Below are positions 33,527 to 42,555 of a stretch of DNA of 64,000 nucleotides, piece by piece. Where the stretch lies: positions 904,247 to 968,246 of the forward strand of contig CAVZZP010000002.1 of NCBI GenBank assembly GCA_963779765.1, in the 5' to 3' direction. Origin of the DNA: an uncultured Alphaproteobacteria bacterium. GTDB lineage: Bacteria; Pseudomonadota; Alphaproteobacteria; Rhodobacterales; Rhodobacteraceae. Below the pieces are notes generated by a model. It was not told the DNA's origin, did not search any database, and saw nothing but the letters and a program-made list of their open reading frames with translations. The number at the start of each line of letters is the position of its first letter. Within the stretch, counting starts at the first letter, position 1. Position numbers and translations under genes: made by a program.

Positions 33527-35534
33527 CGCGACCGCGATACGTCAGGTCGGCCAGCCAGTCCGCCGCAGGTCGCGGGTCCCCGTAGAGAGCACCTTGCGCA
33601 ACGCCGCATCCTCTGTCCCGCAATACCAGCGCCTGGCTGTCCCGCAGCACTCCGTCGACGGTCAAATCGATGCCGAGGGTTCGGGCAAGATCGACAAGGT
33701 TCGAGAGGATCACGCGGGACCTGGGGTTCCGCTCGATATCTTCGACGAGGGCGGGTGCGATCTTGATCTCGTCGACCGCGATCTTTCCCAAATGTCCGAG
33801 CGAGGAAAAGCCGGAGCCGAATTCGTCGATGGCGATGCGGCAGCCCGTGCGTCGCAGCGCGGTCGTTATGCATTCGAAGTCCGCTGCACCGTCCAGCCCG
33901 ATGGTTTCGCTGATTTCGACGGTCAGCTTCGCGGGATCGAAGCAATGACGTGCCAACGCATCGGCCACCGCATCCGCCCCGGCGCCACCCCGAAAGCCGA
34001 GGGCGGACACGTTGACGCTAAGCGCAAAATCAGTGCGTCGCCTCCGGTTCCAGTCCGATACGATGCCAATGGCGCTATCCAGCACATATCGGTCAAGATC
34101 GAAGATCAGCCCGGTGTTCTCGGCCGCACGGATCAGGTCGGACGACGGGACAGACCTGCCGCGTCGTTTCCAGTGGACGAGCGCTTCGAAGCCGAGACAT
34201 TCACCCGTGGCCATTCGGATCTTGGGCTGGAAATGAACGCACACCACGCCAGCGGCAAGGGCGGGAGGCAAGTCTTCTGCCAGGGTCGACCGGTCGAAGA
34301 CCTGCGCCTCGAACCGGCTTTCGTAGAACGTGAACTGCGAGCGGCCCCTCGATTTCGCGACCAGCAAGGCGAGGCTCGCCACCCGCATCAGTGTCTCGTA
34401 ACCGATGTCACCTTCCTCGGTGAGCTGCGACTGCGTGACGATGCCCAGGCTGACCGAAGGCACCACGGTGACGGCGCCCTTCGTGACTGGCTCGCCGCAG
34501 TTGGCGACCAACCCACGGCTCAATTCATCGAGTACGCTGCTCTCTTCGGTCGGTATGCAGAGGGCGAACCGGTCGCCCCCTGTCCGCGCCGCAAAACCGC
34601 CGACCCTGTTCGCAGCTTGCGCGACACGATGCCCGGTCTCGCGGATGACGGCGTCGCCGAAGGCCTGACCGCGACAGTCGTTGATGCCTGCGAAGTCATC
34701 CAGATCGACGACGATGAGCGCGATCGGTCTGGCCGCCGTCAAAGCCGCGGTAAGAAGATCCTGAAACCGGACGCGGTTCGGAAGCCCGGTCAGCGCATCG
34801 AAGTGTCGCGCCCTATCGGCGGCCTGTTCCGCGGACGAACGGGCATGACGGGCGCCCACCTCGCGTCGAAGGACGACGAGCGCCAGTGAGCCGGCCGCCA
34901 CGACCATTGCAAGGAGCACCGCAATGGCGGAGGCCAAACGCCTCATCATCGACACGCTGTGATCCAGCGACCCGACATTCACGTCGATGAGCGTCGCAAG
35001 CAAGTCCCCCATCCGCTCATGGGCGTCGTTGGCCGTTCTGGCGAGGCCTTTGGCCGACGCCGCGTCTATTCGCGGCGAGCCTGCACCATCGACGACTTGC
35101 AAGAGGCGCTCGACGGACTGCGCCACCAAGCGGGCCCTTTCCCTCGCCTTCCCTATGGTCTGCGTCAGGGCGCGATCATCATCGGACAGCGCCGTCAGCC
35201 TGGAGAGGTGAGTGCGAACCGTGACGAGATCCGCCGCAAGTGGATCGTCTGCAAATGTCGCGCCGGCGACCCCCGTCTCGGCGATGCGGTCCAGCGTGAA
35301 CAGGAGGTCGGCACCCAGAAGAATCTGGCGATCTCCAAGCTGCGCTCGGTCTAGCGAAAGTGATTGAACGGATGACATGAAGGTGTAAGCGACTGGCGCG
35401 ACGGCGAGTAAGAGAAGCGCCAGCGCGATCCTGAGGCCGCCCTGCGTGGTGAGAAAGTCCGCTATCCCGTTGTCGTGGGGTCTGTGCGGCCTCAATGACC
35501 GCCCATCCCATAGTCGCGCAAGATATTGTCCCAT
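33501..35534 (-). CDS. Membrane-anchored GGDEF-EAL protein with degenerate motifs
   Basis: Two TM helices; DALTGLPNR, GGDRF, FEALVHW, IDEFGSG, VDGV; start could also be 35585. Confidence 0.85.
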   Translation of the reverse strand: MGQYLARLWDGRSLRPHRPHDNGIADFLTTQGGLRIALALLLLAVAPVAYTFMSSVQSLSLDRAQLGDRQILLGADLLFTLDRIAETGVAGATFADDPLAADLVTVRTHLSRLTALSDDDRALTQTIGKARERARLVAQSVERLLQVVDGAGSPRIDAASAKGLARTANDAHERMGDLLATLIDVNVGSLDHSVSMMRRLASAIAVLLAMVVAAGSLALVVLRREVGARHARSSAEQAADRARHFDALTGLPNRVRFQDLLTAALTAARPIALIVVDLDDFAGINDCRGQAFGDAVIRETGHRVAQAANRVGGFAARTGGDRFALCIPTEESSVLDELSRGLVANCGEPVTKGAVTVVPSVSLGIVTQSQLTEEGDIGYETLMRVASLALLVAKSRGRSQFTFYESRFEAQVFDRSTLAEDLPPALAAGVVCVHFQPKIRMATGECLGFEALVHWKRRGRSVPSSDLIRAAENTGLIFDLDRYVLDSAIGIVSDWNRRRRTDFALSVNVSALGFRGGAGADAVADALARHCFDPAKLTVEISETIGLDGAADFECITTALRRTGCRIAIDEFGSGFSSLGHLGKIAVDEIKIAPALVEDIERNPRSRVILSNLVDLARTLGIDLTVDGVLRDSQALVLRDRGCGVAQGALYGDPRPAADWLADLTYRGRGQAATSAA

Positions 35535-35555
35535 CCCGCATTGTTCATCGATCAG

Positions 35556-35574
35556 GACTAAGGTTCGGTTAGTC
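35556..35574. promoter_or_regulatory. Perfect palindrome GACTAA-N7-TTAGTC (CtrA-like spacing)
   Basis: Between the divergent GGDEF-EAL and DUF2282 genes. Confidence 0.45.
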
Positions 35575-35711
35575 GCCTTTATCACTTTATTTCAAAACCT
35601 AACGTCCTCGTCATACACGCAGGCGTGAGTGGAAGTTGAACGAGAGCGACGACAGCCTCGCGAGTGTCGCACATGGCGACAGCATCATTTCAAAAACAGG
35701 ACACCAAATTC

Positions 35712-36020
35712 ATGTCGCAAACCACAAAAGCACTCGCCGCCGCTGGCGCTCTCGCCGCCGCCTTGACCGCCACGCTGTCGGTCCCCGCACACGCACAAGC
35801 CAAGGAGAAGTGCTTCGGCGTCTCGCTCGCCGGCAAGAACGACTGCGCCGCCGGTCCCGGCACCACCTGCGCAGGTACCTCGACCGTCGACTACCAGGGC
35901 AACGCCTGGACGCTCGTCGACGCCGGCACCTGCGCCGAGATCGAACTGCCGGAAATGGCGGACGGCTCCGACCGTATGGGATCGCTCGAAGCGCTCGACC
36001 GCGACCTGCCGCAAAGCTGA
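35712..36020 (+). CDS. DUF2282 bufferin-type RiPP precursor (BufA1-like)
   Basis: Sec signal, then [24 protein letters not shown]...GTC (4 Cys). Confidence 0.9.
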   Translation: MSQTTKALAAAGALAAALTATLSVPAHAQAKEKCFGVSLAGKNDCAAGPGTTCAGTSTVDYQGNAWTLVDAGTCAEIELPEMADGSDRMGSLEALDRDLPQS

Positions 36021-36028
36021 CCAACCCC

Positions 36029-36054
36029 GGCGGCGTCCCGATCGGGGCGCCGCC
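36029..36054 (+). terminator. Hairpin after the precursor gene
   Basis: GGCGGCGTCCC-GATC-GGGGCGCCGCC; no U-tract. Confidence 0.5.
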
Positions 36055-36077
36055 TCACACATCCTTCGAAGAATCCG

Positions 36078-36939
36078 GTGATGCTGAACTCCGCCCTCCG
36101 CAAGGACCGACTGCCCCAGGCTCCGGGCGTTGGTTACAAGCCCCAGCACTTCGCCCAGATCCTTGAGAATTCAGGTGCAGTCTCATGGTTGGAGATCCAT
36201 GCCGAGAACTACATGGGCGACGGCGGACGGCCGATCGCGCAACTCCGTCACCTCGCCGAGCGGTTCCCGGTCTCGGTTCATGGCGTCGGGTCTTTCGATC
36301 GGTGGCGAAAGCAGGCTGGATGCCGAACATCTTGAACGGCTGAAACGACTCATTGGCTGGCTTGAACCGGCGTCGTTCTCCGAACATCTTGCCTGGTCGA
36401 CCCATGACAGCGCTTTTCTGAACGACCTTCTGCCCCTGCCCTACACCGCCGCCACGCTGAATCGCGTGTCCGATCATGTCGACGAAGTGCAGGACGCCCT
36501 GGGTCGACGAATGCTTCTCGAGAACCCTTCGTCATATCTGGCATTCGCCGACAGCACCTGGGGCGAGACCGATTTTCTGGCAGAGGTCGCCCGGCGTACC
36601 GGATGCGGCTTGTTGCTTGACGTGAACAACGTCTTCGTTTCGGCGACCAACCTGGACCTCGACCCAGTTGCCTACATCGAAGCCTTTGCGCTGGCCCTGG
36701 TGGGCGAAATCCATCTGGGTGGTCACGCAGAGGATGCAGACGATCATGGCGCGCCTCTTCTGATCGACAGCCACGGGCACCCTGTCGCCGATCCGGTGTG
36801 GGACCTTTATTCTCGCGTCATCGCGCGATGCGGAGCCCGGCCCACGCTGATCGAGTGGGACAACGACGTGCCGGAATGGAACATCCTCGCCGCAGAAGCG
36901 GACCGCTCGGCAGCAATCCTCTCACAGGTGGCTGCATGA
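36078..36939 (+). CDS. DUF692 multinuclear non-heme iron oxidase (MNIO, BufB-like); frameshift near 36291
   Basis: EIHAENY, SVHGVG(L)SIG, SEHLAWS, LENPS, LLDVNN, EIHLGGH, DSH, IEWD. Confidence 0.9.
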
Positions 36940-37691
36940 TCCCCGACCAGGCGCTGCTTCACCGGTCCATCGTCGATCCTGCCGAGCCGAGGCCCGCAGG
37001 TTTGATCGACAGCGTCGGACGCCCGGCGGGACGACGGTTCGATGTCTACCGCAACAACGTGACCGTTTCACTGATCGAAGCGATCGAGACGGCCTTTCCC
37101 ATCCTGCGCAAGCTCGTCGGAGACGAGAACTTCAGGCACGTCGCGCGCGCCTTCCTGCGCAGTCATCCGCCCTCTTCCCCCCTGATGATGTTCTACGGCG
37201 ACGGGATGCCGGACTTCCTGTCCGAGTTCGAGCCGACAAGGCACCTCGGATACCTGCCGGACGTAGCCCGGCTCGAACTGGCGATGCGGCGAAGCTATCA
37301 CGCGACGGACACAACGCCCCTCGCTCGCGCCCGGCTGGAAGCACTCGAGCCCGAGACGCTCTGGACGACGTACCTCACTCTCGCGCCCTCGACGCAGGTG
37401 GTCCGCTCCATTTGGCCGCTTCACGCGATCTGGCGATACAATGTCGAGACGGGCGCGCCTCGGCCCAAGCCGTCGCCTGAAGACGTGATAATCCTGCGTC
37501 CCGATTACGATCCCGTGCCGCATTGTCTCTCCCCGGGCGGAGCGACCTTCGTGGACGCCCTCCGCTCCGGGCGGGCTTTCGGCGAAGCCAGCGACGCCGC
37601 CGCCGAAGACGCACCATCCTTCGACCTTTCCGCCACCCTGACACTTCTTCTTGCAGGCGGAGCAATCACAGGCATCGGAGACCTGCCATGA
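36936..37691 (+). CDS. DUF2063 partner protein (BufC-like)
   Basis: [18 protein letters not shown]; ATGA coupling to DUF692. Confidence 0.88.
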   Translation: MIPDQALLHRSIVDPAEPRPAGLIDSVGRPAGRRFDVYRNNVTVSLIEAIETAFPILRKLVGDENFRHVARAFLRSHPPSSPLMMFYGDGMPDFLSEFEPTRHLGYLPDVARLELAMRRSYHATDTTPLARARLEALEPETLWTTYLTLAPSTQVVRSIWPLHAIWRYNVETGAPRPKPSPEDVIILRPDYDPVPHCLSPGGATFVDALRSGRAFGEASDAAAEDAPSFDLSATLTLLLAGGAITGIGDLP

Positions 37692-38278
37692 TCCAAGGTA
37701 TCATCACGTTGCACGACCGCGTCTTCGGCAGTCTGGAGAAGGCGACAGTTCCGGTGATGACGACACTGGCCCGGTTTCTCTTCGCCGCGATTTTGCTCGT
37801 CTATTACTGGAAGTCCGCCCTGACCAAGCTTGGGGACGGTCCGGTGGGCCTCTTGGCGCCTTCCGCCGGCGCCTACGCCCAGATCTTCCCGAGAACCTTC
37901 GAGGCAGCAGGCTATGACGTCAGTCAACTCGGCGCTCATCATTGGGCCATAGCAACGCTTGGGACATGGGCAGAACTGGTCCTGCCGCTTCTGCTACTGC
38001 TCGGCCTGTTCACGCGACTGGCGGCGCTCTCGATGATCGGTTTCGTCGTGGTGCAGACTCTGACCGACCTCTTCGGGCACGGCGGCATCGCGCACGATGG
38101 CACGCTTGGGGCGTGGTTCGACGGGATGCCCGACTCCATTGTTCTGGACCAGCGCGCGTTCTGGGTCTTCGCGCTTCTCTATCTCGCCTTTCGGGGAGGC
38201 GGTCCGTTGTCGCTCGACCGGCTCCTCAGAAATGCGACTTCGGCTCGTCGGGACGCCCTGCCGCAAGCGCAAGGATAG
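37688..38278 (+). CDS. DoxX-family membrane protein (BufD-like)
   Basis: LARF...ELVLPLLLLLGLFTRLAA...GGGPLSLD. Confidence 0.88.
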   Translation: MIQGIITLHDRVFGSLEKATVPVMTTLARFLFAAILLVYYWKSALTKLGDGPVGLLAPSAGAYAQIFPRTFEAAGYDVSQLGAHHWAIATLGTWAELVLPLLLLLGLFTRLAALSMIGFVVVQTLTDLFGHGGIAHDGTLGAWFDGMPDSIVLDQRAFWVFALLYLAFRGGGPLSLDRLLRNATSARRDALPQAQG

Positions 38279-38591
38279 CGGCCAGGCCGCACATCGATGC
38301 GGGAAAGATGGTGAGGAAGTTGTCGAAGGCCATGAATATCCCGATGGATGCCGCCCCAAGTGCGAGTCCGGCCCAGAGCGCGCGATAGGGCGCCATCGCC
38401 GCCCCTGCGATGGCGAGAAGGGGAGCGACCACGCTCATCCCGCGCAGTAGGTTCACGTTCTCCGGCAGGGCCGTCAGTTCCTGAAGACGTTCGAAGCGGT
38501 AAAGCGCCTCGGTCCAGCCGAAGCTGACCATGCCCATGATGAGGGCGAGGATGCCTCCGATCATGCCGAGGGCGGCGGCGGCGTTTCTCAT
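38226..38591 (-). CDS. Hypothetical 4-TM membrane protein
   Basis: MRNAAAALGMIGG...; AAAGGA RBS; hydrophobic. Confidence 0.7.
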   Translation of the reverse strand: MRNAAAALGMIGGILALIMGMVSFGWTEALYRFERLQELTALPENVNLLRGMSVVAPLLAIAGAAMAPYRALWAGLALGAASIGIFMAFDNFLTIFPASMCGLAAILALAAGRPDEPKSHF

Positions 38592-38638
38592 CTTTCGCGT
38601 CCTTTCGTCCGCTGAAGCACGTAGTCGCGCGTCACACG

Positions 38639-38968
38639 CTATCCAAGATGCGCCGCTTTTGCCGCGGTGTCCCAGCCGAGCGTCAGGACATCCCCTCTAC
38701 GGATCACCGGCCGCTTCATCAACGTCGGGTGCGCGGCGAGAAGCGCCTGCGGATCACCGGCGCGCTCCGCCTCCGACAGACCCCGCCAGGTGGTCGAACG
38801 GCGGTTCACCAGATCGTCGCCGAACGCCTGGTGGAGGGCCGCGATCTCGTCACCCGACAGAGGCGCCTCGCGCACGTCGCGGAAGGTCACGTCCAGCCCT
38901 GCCGCCCGCAGGGACTTGTCTGCGGCGCGACAGGTATCGCAGGCCTTGAGCCCGAATATGCAGACCAT
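38639..38968 (-). CDS. ArsC/Spx/YffB-family protein
   Basis: CDTC motif, NRRSTTWR, PTLMKRPV. Confidence 0.9.
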   Translation of the reverse strand: MVCIFGLKACDTCRAADKSLRAAGLDVTFRDVREAPLSGDEIAALHQAFGDDLVNRRSTTWRGLSEAERAGDPQALLAAHPTLMKRPVIRRGDVLTLGWDTAAKAAHLG

Positions 38969-39142
38969 CGCTCACGTCCTCCTTTCACCATTCTTTTTCT
39001 TGTTTTTTCGCGAAAGATCCCCAAAGTCGATGCCGCATCAACGTCAGGACGCCCAGCCCGACCAAGAAGGCACATGTCCCGCCAGCGATGCTCGAACCGA
39101 CCGCTGGTCATTCCGGCGCATATACTACCGAAGGAAGAGACA

Positions 39143-39349
39143 ATGCCGACAGGCACCGTAAAATGGTTCAACACCACCAAGGGTTTCGGGTTCATCGCCC
39201 CTGACGGGGGCGGCAAGGACGTGTTTGTCCACATTTCCGCCGTCGAGCGGGCCGGGATGACCGGGCTCGCCGACAACACGAAAGTCCAGTACGAGCTGAT
39301 CGAGGGCCGGGATGGCCGTCAGTCGGCGGGCGATCTCAAGGCGATTTGA
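39143..39349 (+). CDS. cspA: Cold-shock protein
   Basis: GTVKWFN..KGFGFI..DVFVHISA. Confidence 0.95.
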   Translation: MPTGTVKWFNTTKGFGFIAPDGGGKDVFVHISAVERAGMTGLADNTKVQYELIEGRDGRQSAGDLKAI

Positions 39350-39380
39350 CGGTGCCGCGGCCCCACGCGGGCCGCGTGCC

Positions 39381-39782
39381 TCACGAAAAGAGCGCGCGGG
39401 CGGCCCAGACGCCCGCCGCTGCCGAAACCCCGGTCAGGACCGTGCCCCAGATCCAGTCCGTGATGACCATGCGAGGCGTCCAGTCCTCGAGCGTTGCGTA
39501 GTTCGTCATCTCGTAGGTGCCATAGGCCACCGCCCCCAGAAGCGCGCCCTGCCACAGCGCGCGCATCACATCGCCGTCCCGCAACGCCGGAACCGAGACG
39601 AGCGCGAGCAGTCCGCCCACGTAGAACAGGTAGAACAGCGCCGCCGCGCCGAGGCGCGGGCTGTCCAGCACGGCATTTCCGAGCGCCGAACGGAAGAGCG
39701 GCGCGATGACCGTATTCAGCATGATGGCGTCGAGGACGAGGAAGATGCCCGCCGTGATCAGGTAGAGCGTAAGGGTCTGCAT
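39381..39782 (-). CDS. DUF2177 membrane protein
   Basis: YGTYEMTNYAT...DWIWG. Confidence 0.85.
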   Translation of the reverse strand: MQTLTLYLITAGIFLVLDAIMLNTVIAPLFRSALGNAVLDSPRLGAAALFYLFYVGGLLALVSVPALRDGDVMRALWQGALLGAVAYGTYEMTNYATLEDWTPRMVITDWIWGTVLTGVSAAAGVWAARALFS

Positions 39783-39804
39783 CGGACGAACTCCTTTAAC
39801 CCTC

Positions 39805-39830
39805 TACGCTCGGGATCGACGGTCGGATCC
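39805..39830 (-). promoter_or_regulatory. RpoE (ECF11)-type promoter for the DUF2177 gene
   Basis: Minus strand GGATCC-N16-CGTA. Confidence 0.6.
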
Positions 39831-39834
39831 CTTT

Positions 39835-40233
39835 CTAGCGGCTGACGGAGCCGAGAACCGGGCGGGGGTTCAGGGCACCCGAGGCGCCGCAGGCCAGGTC
39901 GACGCTTTCGCCGCCATAGACCTCGACCCTCTGCCAGGCCTCGCCACCCGAGGTGCGGGCGCTGACGATCCAGTCGCCGTCCTCGAGAGCGATGACCAGC
40001 GGGCGGCCGACCTGGCAGCGCCCGACCTCGCGGCCTTCGACGAGGATGACGGGCGATGTGGCGGCCTGCGAGAAGAACTCGACGTCCGAGGGCCGCGTTA
40101 TGGTCAGCGTGTTCCGGGCCAGGGCCGAGAGTTGCGCGGGCGTCGGGTCCGCGCCCGTGGGGCCGACCTGGGCGGTGCCGATGAAGCAGCCCGGCAGGGC
40201 GAGGAGAAGCGGGAGGGTCAGGAGGCGTCGCAT
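39835..40233 (-). CDS. Hypothetical lipoprotein
   Basis: MRRLLTLPLLLALPGC lipobox; small beta-rich domain with two further Cys. Confidence 0.7.
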   Translation of the reverse strand: MRRLLTLPLLLALPGCFIGTAQVGPTGADPTPAQLSALARNTLTITRPSDVEFFSQAATSPVILVEGREVGRCQVGRPLVIALEDGDWIVSARTSGGEAWQRVEVYGGESVDLACGASGALNPRPVLGSVSR

Positions 40234-40308
40234 GAATTTAGGGTAGGACGGTTCGCCCGGTCGGACAAGGCGCCCCGGGATCAAAGCCTCGTGGTTTCCG
40301 CCCGTCTC

Positions 40309-40605
40309 TCAGATCGAGAAGACGACCTCGCCCGAGCGCGGCTCGGTCACGCCGAGGTCGCCGCCCAGATCCTCGAGCGTCTCGCGGAAGCTGTCGAGCG
40401 TCGCGATCATCTTCGGCCGGGCGGCGGACAGCGCGTCCATGCTCTCCCACTCGCCGACGACGAGATAGTCGCGGTCGCCGGTCTTCACGATGCGAAAGCT
40501 CTTCATGCCCTCGAAGTCGTCGCGCCGCCGCGCCTCGTGCGCCGCGAGGAACGCACCCTCCTGCCCCGCCTTCACCTTCATGCGGACGATGTTCATGGCT
40601 GTCAT
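40309..40605 (-). CDS. Dimeric alpha-beta barrel (ABM-like) protein
   Basis: MNIVRMKVKAG...VGEWES...RPKMIATLD; GGAGG RBS. Confidence 0.75.
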   Translation of the reverse strand: MTAMNIVRMKVKAGQEGAFLAAHEARRRDDFEGMKSFRIVKTGDRDYLVVGEWESMDALSAARPKMIATLDSFRETLEDLGGDLGVTEPRSGEVVFSI

Positions 40606-40666
40606 GTTCGGGTCCTCCCCCAAGGTTTCCCGGCGGGAAGCGTAGCATGGATCGGGCGCAAATTTC

Positions 40667-41467
40667 CTAAAGTATCACATCCGCTGAAACATCATATCCA
40701 GCCGCTTTCATCTCTTTCACGACTTCAAACTGCCACATGCCGCGATCATCAAGATCTGTGTATAGGACGCCAAGGATATCAGACGGCTCCTCTAGAATCT
40801 TCCTTAAGGACACAAACTCTATCGCGTCTCGAAACTTTCCAACAAAATAACCTAGCTCAAGTATCACATTCTGTCTCGCGCGAGGCATTAGTCTCGCATC
40901 CTCCAACTTCTCAGCACTCTTTCCACCTATGTCATCTGCTGTCATCAGAATAATTGCAAATCCGACCTGTGAGCTTTGCTCGAACTTTTCAATAATTGTT
41001 CTACCCTTGTTCGGCTGCTCTCTAAGAATTATTGCCTGAAGGCCCAATTTTTCAATCAGCCTAGCTAACTTCGCAATTCTCACTTCGTCATGCCCATGAA
41101 CAATAAATATCTGATCGCCCACGCCGAACTGCCCTAGTGCGGCCGCCTCATGAACAAAGGAAGAATCCTTCTTGCTTGGCAAGAGTTCCACAAGTCTGTT
41201 GAGTATTCCCATCGCTCTGTCGCGATTTGCTCGCCTCAACTCCCTAGGTCTTCCAACATAAAACGTGTAAGAATCCTCCCATTATTGGCAAAATAACTTC
41301 CAGCACCTGACGCGTAGATTGCTTCCAGCGTATCCCTAGTTGTTTCGTACCACCAAGTCAGGAGCATCCGCGTTTTCAGGGCAGTCCTGAAGAGTAGAAA
41401 TGCGTTCAAGTATGCGAGCGCGAGCTTCCTCTGGCGAAACCAAGAGATCTGAACAATCAAAATCCAT
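40667..41467 (-). CDS. AT-rich TIR-domain protein (Cap12/Pycsar-type TIR, PF10137-like) with about 4 indels as sequenced
   Basis: IFIVHGHDE, IILREQPNKGRTIIEKFE, FAIILMTADD, RARQNVILELGYF, EPSDILGV. Reconstructed start ATG 41467 MDFDCSDLLVSPEEARARILERI. Confidence 0.8.
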
Positions 41468-41471
41468 CCAA

Positions 41472-42370
41472 TCACCCCCTCAAACTCCCGCCACTCCCCC
41501 TTGCTCATGCCGGAGGTCTCCTGCGTGACCTCCTCACCCTTCAGCATCCGCCGCAGGCAATCAAGCGCCTTGCCCCGACAGCGTTGCCCCGCCCAGCCGG
41601 TAATCCTCGAAGGCCCCGTAGGCGTAGGGCACCCAGTCCTTCACCAGCCGGCAGATCTCCTCGGCGTAGACGCGGATCTCGTATTGCGCGTGGGCGTCGG
41701 CGCGCAGGCGCAGGAAATGGAAGAGGTTGTGGAGGTCCACCTTCCAGTACCATTGCGTGTAGATGTTGGCGGGCAGGTTCATCCGCGCCAGTTCCCGCGC
41801 GAGGCCCTGCTGGCCCTCTTGCCCGATCATCTCCTCGTAGTGGTCATAGGTCCGCGCCGCGTCGCCCTTGAGGTACTCCAGCACCCGCGCCGCCTCCTCG
41901 CCCGACAGCGCCTCGCCCCGGCCCTGGTTGTTGACGGTGGATTGCGCGGCCAGATCCTCGGGCCGGGGGATGTAGAACTCGCGGTCGAGGATCGAATAGC
42001 GGGCGGAGTATTCGTTCACGTTGGCGGTGCGGTGGCGGATCCACTGGCGGGCGACGAAGACGGGGAGCTTCACGTGCAGCTTCACCTCGCACATCTCGAA
42101 GGGGGTCGAGTGCCAGTGCCGCATCAGATAGCGGATCAGCCCCTCGTCGTTCGACACGGCCTTGGTGCCCCGGCCATAGGACACCCGCGCGGCCTGGGTG
42201 ATCGCGGCGTCGTCGCCCATGTAGTCGATGACGCGGACGAAGCCGTGATCCAGCACCGGGTAGGCGGTGTAGAGATGCGCCTCCATCCCCTCCGACACGG
42301 CGCGCAGCGTGGGGCGGCTTTGCGTGCGCAGGGCGTCGATTTCGGCCTGTTGCTCGGGGGTCAGGGGCAT
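41472..42370 (-). CDS. thyX: FAD-dependent thymidylate synthase; frameshift near 41575, exact stop uncertain
   Basis: [38 protein letters not shown]; C-terminus [28 protein letters not shown] in the next frame. Confidence 0.95.
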
Positions 42371-42402
42371 GGGGGTCTCCGTTCGGTCGATGTCGCAGGA
42401 CC

Positions 42403-42449
42403 GCACCTTATCTTGGGGGAGGCCTTACGTGAACCACAATATGCCGGTG
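42403..42449. promoter_or_regulatory. Tandem NrdR-like boxes upstream of thyX
   Basis: gcaCCTTATCTTGggg (42403-18) and ccaCAATATGCCGgtg (42434-49), each 8/10 to core CWANATNTWG, 31 bp apart. Confidence 0.62.
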
Positions 42450-42555
42450 CGTTCGTTCCGCGTCCGGGATCAATTCCGCCCATCCCCGCCGCCCGCTGTT
42501 GACATCGCCAGCGGGGCGCGGTGTCTGGTCTGACAGGCACGGGAAGGATGGTTCG

